Shown here: piece after piece, positions 53,488-64,000 of the stretch
How the letters are laid out: every line of letters starts with the position of its first letter
How positions within the stretch are numbered: the stretch's first letter is position 1
Assembly (NCBI GenBank): GCA_001001345.1
Contig: LCKI01000003.1
Coordinates: forward strand, 4,614-68,613
Source of the DNA: Parcubacteria group bacterium GW2011_GWC1_45_14
GTDB lineage: Bacteria; Patescibacteriota; Minisyncoccia; Moranbacterales; GWC2-37-73
Direction of reading: 5' to 3'
DNA length: 64,000 bases
Translations under genes and position numbers: made by a program
Notes under the pieces: model-generated
Database searches by the model: none
What the model was told of the DNA's origin: nothing
What the model saw: the letters and a program-made list of their open reading frames with translations, nothing else

Positions 53488-54648
53488 ATGAAAAAACTTA
53501 AATTTATCCTGCCGGCAGGCATGGCACTGGCAGCTATCGCGTTCATCTCTTTAGGAGCCGGCTTTGAAGACAAAGAAAGCGTTAAAGATTCCCTCAAACA
53601 AGTATCCGTCCAAACGGCGGAAATAGGAACGATCGAACGCGTCGGGCAATATTCCGGCATAGTGAAAGGAGCGAACGAAACCCAATTATCACCGAAAATA
53701 TCAGGGACTATCCGAAGCCTTCTGAAAAATGAAGGTGATTTCGTAAGGGCCGGAGAGCTCCTGGCTACGATAGACAGCTCGGAGCTGCAAGCCGAATCGG
53801 CCCTGGCCAAGGAAAACATCTCAGCAAACGAAAGTTCCCTGAAAGAAACCGGTGATTATTACGACCAGCTGGTCGATGAGGCCAAATCCGCCTTGAAAAA
53901 ATCGGAAAGAGCTTATGACATAGCGAAAGAAAGTTCCGATCAGGACAGCGAGGACTTGGCCGCAAGAGATTTGGAGAAAGCTCAGGAAGCAGTGAGCAGC
54001 GCAAAAAGACTCCGAGACCTGCAGATAAGCTCCACCAAGGGCCAACTGGACCTATCGAAAAAACAACTTGGCGTGGCCGATGCTTACTTAAAAAATTCCC
54101 GTATAGTCGCCCCTTTTTCCGGAGTGATAACAGCTAAAAATTCCCAATTGGGATCACTGGCTGCTCCGGGAAGCCCGATATATTCACTTTCCTCATCCGA
54201 CAAGAAAGAGGTTTTGATTTCCGTGGCCGGAGAAGAAGCCGAGAGAATGGAAGTTGGACAAGCGGTGAAGATATCCCTGGAAGGACAAGATGAAACCGAA
54301 GGGAAAATAATCTCAATCAGCCCTGTTTCCGACTTTAAAGACCGCAAGTCCAGCATAAGGATAGCGGTGTCCGAAGAGGTCAGACTCGGCTCCTATGTGC
54401 AAATCTCCATTCTACTCGAAAAGAAAGATTCTATCTTGGTTGTTCCGACCGAAGCGATCGTGAAAAAATATCATGACACCTTCATCTATGTATCCGAAAA
54501 TGGAAAAGCGGCGCAAAGGGCCGTGGAGACAGGGATAGCGCAAAACGGATCGACGGAAATAGTTTCCGGGTTGAGCGCGGGAGAAATATTGATCACCAAG
54601 GGACAGCATTACCTGCGAAATGGCGACACGATCGGATTTCAAAATTAA
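53488..54648 (+). CDS. Efflux RND transporter periplasmic adaptor (membrane fusion protein)
   Basis: Signal/lipoprotein-like 'MKKLKFILPAGMALAAIAFISLGAG', then coiled-coil and beta-barrel segments typical of HlyD/MFP. The upstream TTG-initiated ORF extension would translate the leader repeat. Confidence 0.75.
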   Translation: MKKLKFILPAGMALAAIAFISLGAGFEDKESVKDSLKQVSVQTAEIGTIERVGQYSGIVKGANETQLSPKISGTIRSLLKNEGDFVRAGELLATIDSSELQAESALAKENISANESSLKETGDYYDQLVDEAKSALKKSERAYDIAKESSDQDSEDLAARDLEKAQEAVSSAKRLRDLQISSTKGQLDLSKKQLGVADAYLKNSRIVAPFSGVITAKNSQLGSLAAPGSPIYSLSSSDKKEVLISVAGEEAERMEVGQAVKISLEGQDETEGKIISISPVSDFKDRKSSIRIAVSEEVRLGSYVQISILLEKKDSILVVPTEAIVKKYHDTFIYVSENGKAAQRAVETGIAQNGSTEIVSGLSAGEILITKGQHYLRNGDTIGFQN

Positions 54649-54663
54649 AAATTGCGAATAAAC

Positions 54664-57600
54664 ATGTCTATGGAAAATAAAGCGGAAAAACTAGGCCTTC
54701 CGGGAAAGATGACCAGGTTCTTTTTGGAAAACAGGGAGTTCGGGATATTGAGCATGATAGTCATTTTTGCCTGGGGCATATTCAGCTTTTTCACAATGCC
54801 AAAGCAATACAACCCTGAGATAGTGGCTCCGGCTTTCAACGTCGTCACAGAATTTCCGGGCGCGGACAGCGAAGAGGTGTATGAGCTCATCACCCGCCGC
54901 ATGGAAGACAAAGTCAAAGAAATCCCTGCAGTGGACGAAGTGATGTCCCGCTCCATGGAAGGAGGAACGAGTATCGTAACGGTCAAATTCCATATCGGGG
55001 AGAATCTGGAAAACGCGAAGATAACCTTGGCGCAAAAACTTCGCGACAATATGGGACTGAAACCCCTGGGAGCCGAGGATCCCCAAATAGCATCCATCGA
55101 TCCGGAAGACATCCCCATTATGAATCTGGGGCTCACTTCGGAAACTTTTTCCGAAGAATCGTTGCGCTCCTTGGCTTTCGACCTGGCCGACAGGCTTAAG
55201 CAGGTCGAAAAAACCTCGAACATTGAAATCAAGGGAGGAAAAACCAAGCAACTGAGCGTTAATTTCGACGCCGGAAAAATCAATCTCTATGAAATTACCT
55301 TGGATGGAGCCTTGGAAATCATAAAACAAAACAATCTCAACTCCATCCCGGGCGTCATCGACGGATTCCAACAAAACTTCACCGTGGAAATAAGGGGGTC
55401 CATCGAAAACGCCGAGAATATGGGAAAGGTAATTATAAAACAAAGCCCTTCCTCGACCGTCCGCCTCTCCGACGTCGCCGATATCACCTATGACGGCGGC
55501 GAGATAGAAAACTACATGAGGCTTTCCCAAAAAGATTCTTCCCTGCCTGTCGTCAACATCGCGATTTCCAAACTCAAGGGGAGCAACGTGATGACGGTTT
55601 CAAAAGATCTGGAGAAAGAAATCGTAAATCTGCGCGAAAATTTCCTGCCGGACGGAGTCAAGATGGAAATACTCCGGGACGACGGCGCGGTGGCCAGCGA
55701 AGCTGTCTTGGGACTGACGTCGAATCTTTTCACTTCGGTCCTGATAGTCGCCCTGGTGCTCTTGGTTTTCTTGAGCTTCAAAAGCGCGCTGATCGTCGCC
55801 GTTTCCATACCCCTGACCCTGGCCGCCGTTTTCGGTATCGGCAGCTTGGCCGGACAAAATATCAATCGAATAACCCTTTTCGCGCTGATATTATCCCTTG
55901 GACTGCTGGTGGACAGCGCGACCGTCGTTATTGAGAACATCTGGAGGAAGTTGAAAGCCGACAAGGTTTCCAGTAAAAAGGAAATCATCATAAGAGCAGT
56001 GGATGAGGTGGGAATGGGACTTTTTATGTCCACGGTCACAACCATCCTGGCTTTCTATCCGATGGCTTTCGTAACCGGCATGATGGGACCATATATGGGA
56101 CCTATTCCCTTTTTCGTTCCGGCCGCCCTCATCGCCTCGCTTTTGATATCCTACACGATAAATCCTTTCCTGGCCGATATCTTGATCAAAAAACATGACA
56201 CTGACGATCAGGAAAAAACCGCCAACGCCAAACAAAAAATTTCAAACCGCCTCATGGATTCGATCCGCAAAAGATACGCGGACTTATTGAAAGACCTGCT
56301 TGAAAATGACAAAAAAAGAAAGTTTGTCATTTTGTCTTGCGTAGCCGCGTTTTTCCTAGTTATGACTTTTCCCGTCTTCCAGATCGTCAAATTCAGGATG
56401 CTTCCGAAAGCGGACAAGGAGCAATTTTATCTGTACCTCGATCTCCCTTCGGGTTCTTCCCTGGAAAAGACCGACGGCATATCCAAGAAAATAGAGGAAT
56501 TTCTTTTGAAAAAAGAGACTGTCACGAAAATCCAGAGCTTCGTGGGAGATCCGCAGATAGTCGACTTCAACGGACTTTTCAAGGGGAGCGACGCCAGGAC
56601 CGGGGAAAACCAGGCGACCTTGAAAATAAACCTTGTTCCCAAGCAATCAAGGAAAGAAACTTCGGAACAAATAGCTCTCGCGATAAGGGAGGAGCTCTCG
56701 GACGAATTGCAAAATGAGCCCGACGCGAAAATAAAGATCGTCGAGGATCCGCCGGGACCTCCGGTGCTTTCGACGGTCTTGGTAAAAATACAGGGAGACA
56801 ACATCCGGAGATCGAAAGAAATCGCCCTCGACATGGAGGCTGCCCTGAAAAATATCAGCGAAGTGGTGGATATCGACAATTCCCTGGATGAAAACAGCGT
56901 GGAATATGTCCTCAGAATAGACCAAGAGAAGGCCGGGTCTTTCGGGGTTTCTTCCGCCCAAATTTCAAACGTGCTAAGGACCGCGCTGAGCGGAAGCGCC
57001 GTCGGGATATATCACAAAAACGACGACTCCCGATTGCGAAAACCGGAGCCGGAATATATCGTCGCCAGACTTAAAAAGCAGGACCGCGACCAAGAAGAGG
57101 ACCTTGCCAAAATTTGGATATCAAACTCAAAAGGAGAACATATTCCCCTGCTCGAGATAGCCCGGGAGGCGGACTCCGAAGCCAAGGAAACGATCTATTC
57201 GGACGAGAGAAGAAAGACTTCCTACGTCTCGGCTGAAATGGGAGAGCGGAGCTCCGCTTACGCAATGATCGATATGCTCAAGTTCCTCCGTTCATATGAA
57301 TTGGAAAACGGGAATGGAAAAATATCATCCTGGTCCCTTTTCGGGGTCGATTACGTCGACAAAGAAACTGGTGAAACTTTTTCTGTCGCCCTCGACGGCG
57401 AATGGAAACTGACCCTGGAAGTTTTCCGGGATTTGGGAATAGCCATGGCAGTCGCTATTTTTCTGATATATTTCGTCCTGGTCGCGCAGTTCCGCTCGTT
57501 GAAAGTCCCATTGTTGGTCATGGGAACCATTCCGTTGGCCATGATAGGTGTCATGCCTGGATTCGCCCTGCTGGGAGCGATCAAAGGAACCTATTTCAAT

Positions 57601-57921
57601 GCCACCTCGATGATCGGGGTCATAGCTCTTGCCGGAATCGTAGTCAACAATGCTATTATACTTTTGGAGTATCTCAATGAATTGAAGGCGAGAAAATATG
57701 GCATCCGGGAGGCGCTGTTGGAAACCGGAAAAACAAGATTCCTGCCGATCATACTCACTTCCATAACGACGATCCTGGGATCGCTCACGATCATCAGTGA
57801 TCCGGTCTGGGAAGGCCTGGCCTGGTCAATCATCTGGGGACTTTCCCTTTCTACCGCCCTGACCCTCGTCATATTCCCCCTCCTCTACTACACGTTCGAA
57901 AAAAATAATTGGGAAAAATAG
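54664..57921 (+). CDS. RND-family efflux permease (AcrB/MMPL-like)
   Basis: About 1085 aa, 12-TM RND architecture with two large periplasmic loops. Start is Met 54664. Confidence 0.8.
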   Translation: MSMENKAEKLGLPGKMTRFFLENREFGILSMIVIFAWGIFSFFTMPKQYNPEIVAPAFNVVTEFPGADSEEVYELITRRMEDKVKEIPAVDEVMSRSMEGGTSIVTVKFHIGENLENAKITLAQKLRDNMGLKPLGAEDPQIASIDPEDIPIMNLGLTSETFSEESLRSLAFDLADRLKQVEKTSNIEIKGGKTKQLSVNFDAGKINLYEITLDGALEIIKQNNLNSIPGVIDGFQQNFTVEIRGSIENAENMGKVIIKQSPSSTVRLSDVADITYDGGEIENYMRLSQKDSSLPVVNIAISKLKGSNVMTVSKDLEKEIVNLRENFLPDGVKMEILRDDGAVASEAVLGLTSNLFTSVLIVALVLLVFLSFKSALIVAVSIPLTLAAVFGIGSLAGQNINRITLFALILSLGLLVDSATVVIENIWRKLKADKVSSKKEIIIRAVDEVGMGLFMSTVTTILAFYPMAFVTGMMGPYMGPIPFFVPAALIASLLISYTINPFLADILIKKHDTDDQEKTANAKQKISNRLMDSIRKRYADLLKDLLENDKKRKFVILSCVAAFFLVMTFPVFQIVKFRMLPKADKEQFYLYLDLPSGSSLEKTDGISKKIEEFLLKKETVTKIQSFVGDPQIVDFNGLFKGSDARTGENQATLKINLVPKQSRKETSEQIALAIREELSDELQNEPDAKIKIVEDPPGPPVLSTVLVKIQGDNIRRSKEIALDMEAALKNISEVVDIDNSLDENSVEYVLRIDQEKAGSFGVSSAQISNVLRTALSGSAVGIYHKNDDSRLRKPEPEYIVARLKKQDRDQEEDLAKIWISNSKGEHIPLLEIAREADSEAKETIYSDERRKTSYVSAEMGERSSAYAMIDMLKFLRSYELENGNGKISSWSLFGVDYVDKETGETFSVALDGEWKLTLEVFRDLGIAMAVAIFLIYFVLVAQFRSLKVPLLVMGTIPLAMIGVMPGFALLGAIKGTYFNATSMIGVIALAGIVVNNAIILLEYLNELKARKYGIREALLETGKTRFLPIILTSITTILGSLTIISDPVWEGLAWSIIWGLSLSTALTLVIFPLLYYTFEKNNWEK

Positions 57922-58107
57922 TATCCGAGTTGGAGTTTTTGCAAAACTACTTTCTTTTTGGTCCGTTGATGACGACAGGAATCAAGAGCTCTTGGTCATA
58001 GATTTCGACTGAGAGCGTGCCGAAAAAGAAAGCAGATAGAGCAAAAAATTTTCCAAGAAACCTAAATTGCGCATAACTGATTATCCGTAAAAAATTATCA
58101 ATATGGA

Positions 58108-58218
58108 ACTTACGCGTTTTGCTTCTTAGAATTTCCGGCAAATATTATTTTTTTGCGCACTGCCGGCCGACCCAGGAGGGAAAGGCAAGCAAAAAAATAT
58201 ATATTTTCCGGAAAACCA
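58108..58218 (+). ncRNA. Conserved leader element, copy 2, upstream of the DUF2892 gene
   Basis: See 53351..53458. It is followed by TATAAT and ATG 58250. Confidence 0.5.
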
Positions 58219-58249
58219 GTCAAACGCGCAACTCCTATAATAAAAAAAT

Positions 58250-58480
58250 ATGAAGCAAGAAAAAATCTATCGACTCGACACCGAAACATGGTATATCGAA
58301 AGAGCGGTTTATCTGTTGGCAGGAATCTTCGTCCTGGCGTCGATAATCCTCTCACTCACCGTGCACAAAAACTTTCTTTACTTCACGGCCTTGGTGGGAG
58401 CGATGCTCATCAATTTCTCCCTAACCGGCTATTGCCCCCTTTCGATCCTGCTCGGAAAAACGGGGCTGAAGAAAAAATAG
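58250..58480 (+). CDS. DUF2892 (YgaP-like) small membrane protein
   Basis: 76 aa with two TM helices and 'LTGYCPLSILLG'. Confidence 0.55.
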   Translation: MKQEKIYRLDTETWYIERAVYLLAGIFVLASIILSLTVHKNFLYFTALVGAMLINFSLTGYCPLSILLGKTGLKKK

Positions 58481-58484
58481 GATA

Positions 58485-58517
58485 ATAAAAAACCCGCCGT
58501 TTTCGGCGGGTTTTTTA
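58485..58517. terminator. Strong bidirectional terminator between the DUF2892 gene (+) and folC (-)
   Basis: cccgccg-tttt-cggcggg hairpin flanked by A and T runs. Confidence 0.7.
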
Positions 58518-59885
58518 TTGGAAACTTTCCAAATTTTCCAAGATATAATCCTCGCTGATCCACTTCTTGCGAAGCTCACCTGAAAGATAAAACGAGCCGG
58601 TAGCCAAGACAAGGTCTTTTTCTCCCGCCAAGGAAAGAGCTTTTTCCAAGGCTGCTTCTTTATTTGGCATGCTTTCCGCTGCCACCCCATCCTTCAAAAA
58701 TTCCCTGGAAATTTCCGCGAGTTTTTCCGGGTCAAAGCACGGACCGAAATCGAAAGTCGTGAAAATTACGTGGTCGGCTTTCGGGATAAGCGTCTCCAGT
58801 ATTTCCCCGACGTCCTTTTTCTGTGAAATGCCCAGAATCAAAATCATTTTTCCATATTCAAGTTTCTCGACATTCGAAACGGTACTGGCCATCTTGGCGG
58901 GATTATGCGCCCCATCCAGAACCACCAAGGGTTTTTCCTGAATTATCTCGAACCGGCATGGCAGATTCGCCTTCGCGATTCCCCGGACGATCTCCTCCTC
59001 TCCGATTCCCAGAAACTTCGCGATTTCCACGACCAATGAAATGTTTTTCTCCTGGTACTCACCCCAAAGTTTGCTCGCGATTTCCTTTTTCAATCCTTCG
59101 ATTTTTATTTCCATCCCGTCTTCGGAATATCTTATTTTTTCCGTTTTTTCTTCGACGACGTTCATCCGCACTTTTTCCTTTCCGCACACGTCGGAGAATA
59201 TTTCCAGGATTTCCGGCCTTTTTTCCGTCGTGAAAAATTCGCAGCCGCCTTTGATTATGCCGGCTTTTTCAAAGGCGATCTTTTCCAAGGTATCGCCGAT
59301 GATATGCATATGGTCCAGATCGATATTGGTGACAGCCGCCACCGGCTTTTTCTCGACGACGTTGGAAGCGTCGTACCTTCCGCCACATCCGACTTCCAAG
59401 ACGACCATTTCACAACCCTTCTTTTTGAAATGGAAAAGCGCGATCGCCAAGAAAATTTCAAAATATGTCGGCCTGCCCCAAGGACATTCCTTCGCCGCTT
59501 TCTCGATATAGGGCTTGAAAAAATCCATGATCTGGACGAACTCTCGCGGGAAAATATACTTACCGTCGACGGAAATCTTCTCGATCGAAGTCGTGGCGAA
59601 CGGCGAAGTGAAAAGCCCGGTTTTTTTTCCGCTTTCCGAAATTACCCCGGAAAGCATCGTTGAAACCGAACCCTTGCCGGAGGTCCCGGTGATGTGCACG
59701 AATTCCAATTCCTTGTCCGGATTTCCAAGAAGCTCCAAAAACCATCGCATCCTTTCAAGATACGCTTCGGGATTTTTCGAAGCCGAAGGCGCGAAACACC
59801 CGTTTGTGATCGACGGCAGATTCTCCAGATATTCCACGGCTTCGTGATATTTTCGAAATTTATCCATAAACCCGATGTCGCCCAT
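58515..59885 (-). CDS. folC: Folylpolyglutamate synthase / dihydrofolate synthase (Mur-ligase family)
   Basis: 'VHITGTSGKGSVSTM' P-loop and Mur-ligase middle and C-terminal domains. Confidence 0.8.
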   Translation of the reverse strand: MGDIGFMDKFRKYHEAVEYLENLPSITNGCFAPSASKNPEAYLERMRWFLELLGNPDKELEFVHITGTSGKGSVSTMLSGVISESGKKTGLFTSPFATTSIEKISVDGKYIFPREFVQIMDFFKPYIEKAAKECPWGRPTYFEIFLAIALFHFKKKGCEMVVLEVGCGGRYDASNVVEKKPVAAVTNIDLDHMHIIGDTLEKIAFEKAGIIKGGCEFFTTEKRPEILEIFSDVCGKEKVRMNVVEEKTEKIRYSEDGMEIKIEGLKKEIASKLWGEYQEKNISLVVEIAKFLGIGEEEIVRGIAKANLPCRFEIIQEKPLVVLDGAHNPAKMASTVSNVEKLEYGKMILILGISQKKDVGEILETLIPKADHVIFTTFDFGPCFDPEKLAEISREFLKDGVAAESMPNKEAALEKALSLAGEKDLVLATGSFYLSGELRKKWISEDYILENLESFQ

Positions 59886-59978
59886 ATTAAAGATAATTAA
59901 ACTATTATAATCATTACTGGGGAAAATACAAATGAAAAACCGCCCGGTGCGGGCGGCTCAAAAAAATCCTAACGTGAT

Positions 59979-61232
59979 TCATTTCTTCCAAGCGTTTTTC
60001 AATATCTTGTTTATGACATCCTCATCCTGGCAGGAATACTTATTGGACGGGGAATAAAATTCCCTCTTGTCCCCATAACACCCGCCGTTATCCTCAGCCA
60101 AAACCGCCAAAATCGGAAGCATGAACCCGTTGCCGCGCGACACGAAATATTTATGCAGATCTTCCAAAGTCTCTTCTCGCATGTCCTTGTCCATCCTGGC
60201 GAAAGTACTCATGTCATCCCCGACTTTCGGAGTCCAATCCAAATGCAAGAAAACGTTATTGGCCTTGCTGGCGAAGGTCTTGTGCCAAAGAAGCGCCCAA
60301 CACCAATCTCCCGGCTTTTTCCACCACCTGGAAGAACAAGCCCCTTGCTGGATCGATCCGTCGCTTTTGAGTCCCACTCCCCCGTCTATGAAATCGAAAT
60401 TCCGAAGATATTCCTCGTCGGTGATATCGTTCGTCTGCGCCCCGATGACGATTTCCATTCCTAAGGAAGCAGCGTATTCCCTCATCTCTTTTATGATTTC
60501 AGGAATGACCGGGTCTGAAAGGTTGCTTTTGTCCTGATAAAAAATCTGGCCGAAAAGGAAACTCTGGATCCCGATATCCATAGCCTTTTGCGTTATCTGC
60601 CGAAGATATCTTCTGTACTCGGGAGATTCGAAAGACGGGATGCAAATATTCTTCTTCCAGAAATCCTCCTTGCCCTGCTTACACATCCTTTCGAAATCAA
60701 ACTTGCGGTCCCCGTCCTGATATTTATACACTGTTTTCGTGTTGATGGCTTCGGCGATGAACATCCCCCAAACCGCTTCCTTTTTGCCGACCTTGGCTAT
60801 CACTTTTGCCGCGTCTTCAAAATCAGGGTTGTCCGCCCAACTCTCCAACGCGCGGTGGAAATAATAGCAGTTTGACCGCTGGGCGACTCTTATCATTTCC
60901 TTCTCATCACCGCCGAAACCCGAAAGCAGCCCGTCAGCCACGCAGCCTTGCCTTTTCATCCTTTCCATATCAGGGGGCGGAGGCGGAGGCAATTTTATGG
61001 GCGCCGCAGGAATAGAGGTTACGATACTGTCGGGTCTTTCAATCTCCACTATTTCAACCACAGGAACCTCGAAATCGCGATTTTCCTTCACCAAAAAATA
61101 CCCGATCCCGACGGAATCAAGCAGGATGATCGTTATTGCGACCCAAGATTTTATCTGGAAATTTCTAATCATAACCGTCTTAAGTATACAACATGTAATA
61201 CCAAAAAGAACCTGCTTTCTTTTTCCCCTCAA
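59979..61232 (-). CDS. Hypothetical membrane-anchored protein
   Basis: TM anchor and a proline run 'PPPPPP'. No recognised catalytic motif. Confidence 0.35.
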   Translation of the reverse strand: MRGKRKQVLFGITCCILKTVMIRNFQIKSWVAITIILLDSVGIGYFLVKENRDFEVPVVEIVEIERPDSIVTSIPAAPIKLPPPPPPDMERMKRQGCVADGLLSGFGGDEKEMIRVAQRSNCYYFHRALESWADNPDFEDAAKVIAKVGKKEAVWGMFIAEAINTKTVYKYQDGDRKFDFERMCKQGKEDFWKKNICIPSFESPEYRRYLRQITQKAMDIGIQSFLFGQIFYQDKSNLSDPVIPEIIKEMREYAASLGMEIVIGAQTNDITDEEYLRNFDFIDGGVGLKSDGSIQQGACSSRWWKKPGDWCWALLWHKTFASKANNVFLHLDWTPKVGDDMSTFARMDKDMREETLEDLHKYFVSRGNGFMLPILAVLAEDNGGCYGDKREFYSPSNKYSCQDEDVINKILKNAWKK

Positions 61233-61287
61233 AAAACAAAAAAACGCCCTTTGAAAGGCGCCGAAAACAGACGTTGGAAAACATTCC

Positions 61288-62208
61288 TCATTCCCTTCTC
61301 TTCATTTGATGGAGATAAATAATTTGCATCTTCCCGATATCGGCCGGCAAGTTGCGAAAGAGTTTTTCATACTCCTCTGTGCTTATGGTATGGAGAGCTC
61401 CCTGCTTATTTGGCCCAACCATATCAATACCGTGAAATCTTCGAAGTATCTCAAGAACGCTTCCGACCATGACCACAAACATCAACGATATCGCCGCGCC
61501 GTTTGCCGAAGCTAAGAAGCTTGCATCGAGCGCGCCACCGGCTTTTCTTAAGAAGGAATTGATTTCATTTTTAAAAATCGCTACTTTGTTTCCCGCGCTT
61601 CCGATGAGGGTGCTTTTTCCCGCAAGCAAACCGCTGTCTATCAAAACAGCCCTCTTGGTTTCAGATGTCGCTTCCTTTTCCCTGACCGGTTCTTTTTTCT
61701 TCTCTGGCAAAGCGACAGCCCCTGTGCGGTTTCCGAACTGCTGGACGGTGATGATGGTTTCCTTTCCATTTATAGTTCCGCTCGCCACCGCCACACCGAC
61801 TTCATTGAACTGCTCTCCTAAAATATTCTTCCTGTGCGTCGCGCTGTCCATCAATGCCTTGTTTTGCTTTTCAGCGGTTTTGAAATTTATCGCCAGATTC
61901 TCCCCGGCGAACTTATAGTCGTATCCAGCTTTCTCAATCCAATACCATGGCGTCAGCCCCTCGGGCGAAGTATGGGAAAAATAATTCTTTTCCAACATAT
62001 CCTGGGCCTTTTTCTGGGCGGCCCGGGAAAGATTCCCGTTTTCAACCAACGGCACTAAACCAGCCATCTCCCTTTCCTGATTAACCAGTCCGATCACGTT
62101 TTCAATCGTTATTTCGCTGGCCGAAGCCGAAAAAGCCCAGAAGGCTCCGCCGCCAAGGACTAAAAGGGTGAAAATTGTAATTTTTATGTCTGTTTTTCGC
62201 ATAAACAA
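61288..62208 (-). CDS. CAP/SCP/PR-1-domain secreted protein
   Basis: Signal peptide and 'YFSHTSPEGLTPWYW...GENLA' CAP motifs. Confidence 0.65.
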   Translation of the reverse strand: MFMRKTDIKITIFTLLVLGGGAFWAFSASASEITIENVIGLVNQEREMAGLVPLVENGNLSRAAQKKAQDMLEKNYFSHTSPEGLTPWYWIEKAGYDYKFAGENLAINFKTAEKQNKALMDSATHRKNILGEQFNEVGVAVASGTINGKETIITVQQFGNRTGAVALPEKKKEPVREKEATSETKRAVLIDSGLLAGKSTLIGSAGNKVAIFKNEINSFLRKAGGALDASFLASANGAAISLMFVVMVGSVLEILRRFHGIDMVGPNKQGALHTISTEEYEKLFRNLPADIGKMQIIYLHQMKRRE

Positions 62209-62390
62209 AAGAAAAAGGGCGCTCCGCGAGGAAACACCCTTCTATTTATCTATCTCTATTATACACCCAAAAAGGCGAAAAGTCAAGGAAAAACTTGTCC
62301 TTGTTAAACTGAACACGCTTATCCGCAACGAGCGAGGCTTTGCTTTTTTATGAAAATAAAGTTTAAACAGCTACAAACCTGCAATTCAAA

Positions 62391-62810
62391 TCAAGCCTTG
62401 ATATTGCATTTTTTTGCTTTCCAATGAATTATTGTTTTGGTTACGAGAGACAAAGAAAAAGGTATTCCAAAAAATACCGTCATTATAGCTCCCAGTAAAC
62501 CAGCACCGTCTTCTGAACTTAATATTATAAAATATAACGCCAAAAAAAGACCTCCCGTGCTTATAAGAAAGACGACAAAACTTAACCAATCAATCATTTT
62601 CATTAATCCAAATTGCTCTTTTTTTCTTTTCTTCTCAAATAGCGTGCCTAGGCATGCAACCAAAAAAATAACTGCTAGCGGCACAAGTACAAACTCGATT
62701 ATGTCATTTTGATAAAAATTATTACTGACACTAAAAAACAATATACTTACAATAAAAGAAGCGACTATTAATTCCAAAGTCCACATGACTATTTTTTCAA
62801 ATAAACTCAT
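62391..62810 (-). CDS. Small integral membrane protein
   Basis: Four hydrophobic helices. Confidence 0.35.
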   Translation of the reverse strand: MSLFEKIVMWTLELIVASFIVSILFFSVSNNFYQNDIIEFVLVPLAVIFLVACLGTLFEKKRKKEQFGLMKMIDWLSFVVFLISTGGLFLALYFIILSSEDGAGLLGAIMTVFFGIPFSLSLVTKTIIHWKAKKCNIKA

Positions 62811-62939
62811 ACTTATTTTTATATCAAAATATTATATAAAATTATACCACGGTTCAATTCCCCGTCTGCCGGTAGGTAGGCCTTGTAACTTTTCTTGGCA
62901 CCAAGAAAAGTTAACTATGGGATTGGAGTTTTTAAATTC

Positions 62940-63497
62940 TTATCGCTCAAATTTCCGAAGGTGGTCCATGGCTCCGGAAAGCATCCTTTCAAGAAAATCT
63001 AGTTCTTCGTCTTTTAATTTGCCATTGTTGCGTTTCATCAAGATTTCAAATATTCCCGGATTGATGAAGCTTATTTTGTCTGCCATCTGCAAATATTTCC
63101 CTTCCTTGGTCCTCGGCTTACCCTTCGAGCCGTGGTTCTGTACGCAGTCCGCAACCTTGTCCGAAACAATGACACCCTCCCTTTCCAAAATCGCTATCCC
63201 TCTCTCAGCGTGCCTATCCTCGCATTCGACGTAACCGATGTCATGGAGCCAACCGCCCATTTCCAAAACTTCCCTGTCCACGGTTTTGTCCCCTTCCGAA
63301 AGCGCCAGCGCGGTCTTGGCCACGGCTTTGGCGTGAAAAACGCGAAAATCCCTATCCGCTTCGCTCTCGATTTGTGAAAAGATTTCCAGTGCGAACTGCT
63401 TGGCTTTTTGAGGCGTAAGCGTTTTCTTATCCATATATTTAGGGATAATTCTTATGTTTTGTATTTTGAGCCGGACATGCAATGACGTGCGAATCAC
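62940..63497 (-). CDS. HD-domain phosphohydrolase; the likely start is Met at 63431
   Basis: 'GGWLHDIGY' HD motif. Confidence 0.6.
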   Translation of the reverse strand: MIRTSLHVRLKIQNIRIIPKYMDKKTLTPQKAKQFALEIFSQIESEADRDFRVFHAKAVAKTALALSEGDKTVDREVLEMGGWLHDIGYVECEDRHAERGIAILEREGVIVSDKVADCVQNHGSKGKPRTKEGKYLQMADKISFINPGIFEILMKRNNGKLKDEELDFLERMLSGAMDHLRKFER

Positions 63498-63507
63498 TAC
63501 TGCCGAA

Positions 63508-63960
63508 TCAGAATCCCGGTATGAACCTTAAAAAATCACTTTCCACTGGCCTATTGGTCAATCCACTGGCCATTATATAAAATCCGAGCATCCCGTATAT
63601 GACCAGAAGGAGGCCGATGTATCCCATTAACGAGAGAACTTTGAATTTAAGTTTGTACTCTATCGGAAAAAACCATTTCCCATATTCCACCCTTCTTTTT
63701 TTAAGCAGTGCATAAATAAAATATCCAAAAATCGAAAGGATCAGATAAAAAAATAGTCCCGCGTAAAACATCTCCTCGTTATAATTCCCAAACGGGAAGA
63801 AAACAGTATTTGCCAAAAAACCGATACAAATAGAAACTACGAGCAATCTAAACCCTATTTTGTATAATAAGTTTTCAGTCTCCCATTCTCCTGCTTCAAA
63901 GGGAGGCTTTATAAATAAATCTTTGAATAAAAACCTATAGGCTATGGCTATGCTTACCAA
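63508..63960 (-). CDS. Integral membrane protein
   Basis: Multiple TM helices. Confidence 0.35.
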   Translation of the reverse strand: MVSIAIAYRFLFKDLFIKPPFEAGEWETENLLYKIGFRLLVVSICIGFLANTVFFPFGNYNEEMFYAGLFFYLILSIFGYFIYALLKKRRVEYGKWFFPIEYKLKFKVLSLMGYIGLLLVIYGMLGFYIMASGLTNRPVESDFLRFIPGF

Positions 63961-64000
63961 TAAAAATGATTGTATGCCGACAAACAGCAGGAGTCCCCAA

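Overview
This 64-kb window is bacterial, with moderate GC and mostly minus-strand genes. It mixes conserved housekeeping genes with an accessory and defence region and several interspersed repeat families. Housekeeping genes include rpsR, efp, recA, a disrupted ftsK, lexA, a sigma-70 factor, and rpoB/rpoC. Further along are an SPFH protein, a SIMPL protein, an amidase, an RND efflux pair and folC.

The most notable element is a complete diversity-generating retroelement (DGR) at about 1.2 to 5.0 kb. It has a DGR-type reverse transcriptase (RT) with the IGxxxSQ-like motif 'GNLTSQ', a divergently oriented Avd-like four-helix-bundle gene, and a 137-bp template repeat (TR). The matching variable repeat (VR) sits at the 3' end of a 647-aa target gene. 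All of the roughly 18 TR/VR mismatches fall on TR adenines. The conserved RT N-terminus lies upstream of the first canonical start codon, in an open frame that runs through a (CT)13 tract. An ATG beyond that tract comes into frame only if one CT unit is lost, so the RT may be controlled by slipped-strand phase variation.

A defence and toxin island spans roughly 20.3 to 36.8 kb. It begins with a small AbrB/MazE-like ORF. A tightly packed four-gene operon follows: a RadC(JAB)-beta-class DNA methyltransferase fusion, an MmeI-like Type IIG restriction-modification enzyme, a HARE-HTH restriction endonuclease, and a DUF3644 protein. Beyond that lie a Pif1-like helicase bracketed by repeats, a zeta-toxin-like kinase, two Fic/Doc proteins, and a 1228-aa secreted beta-helix/lipase protein.

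Three non-coding repeat systems stand out. One is a 28-33-bp palindrome (TCATAAT..CGGCCG..ATTATGA) in promoter regions between 16.2 and 20.6 kb. The second is a composite intergenic family of GTTATC modules plus a 'caacggctcagg..ccgttga' hairpin, with at least six copies. The third is a roughly 105-nt leader element duplicated upstream of the RND efflux operon and of a DUF2892 gene. ftsK carries at least two frame disruptions.
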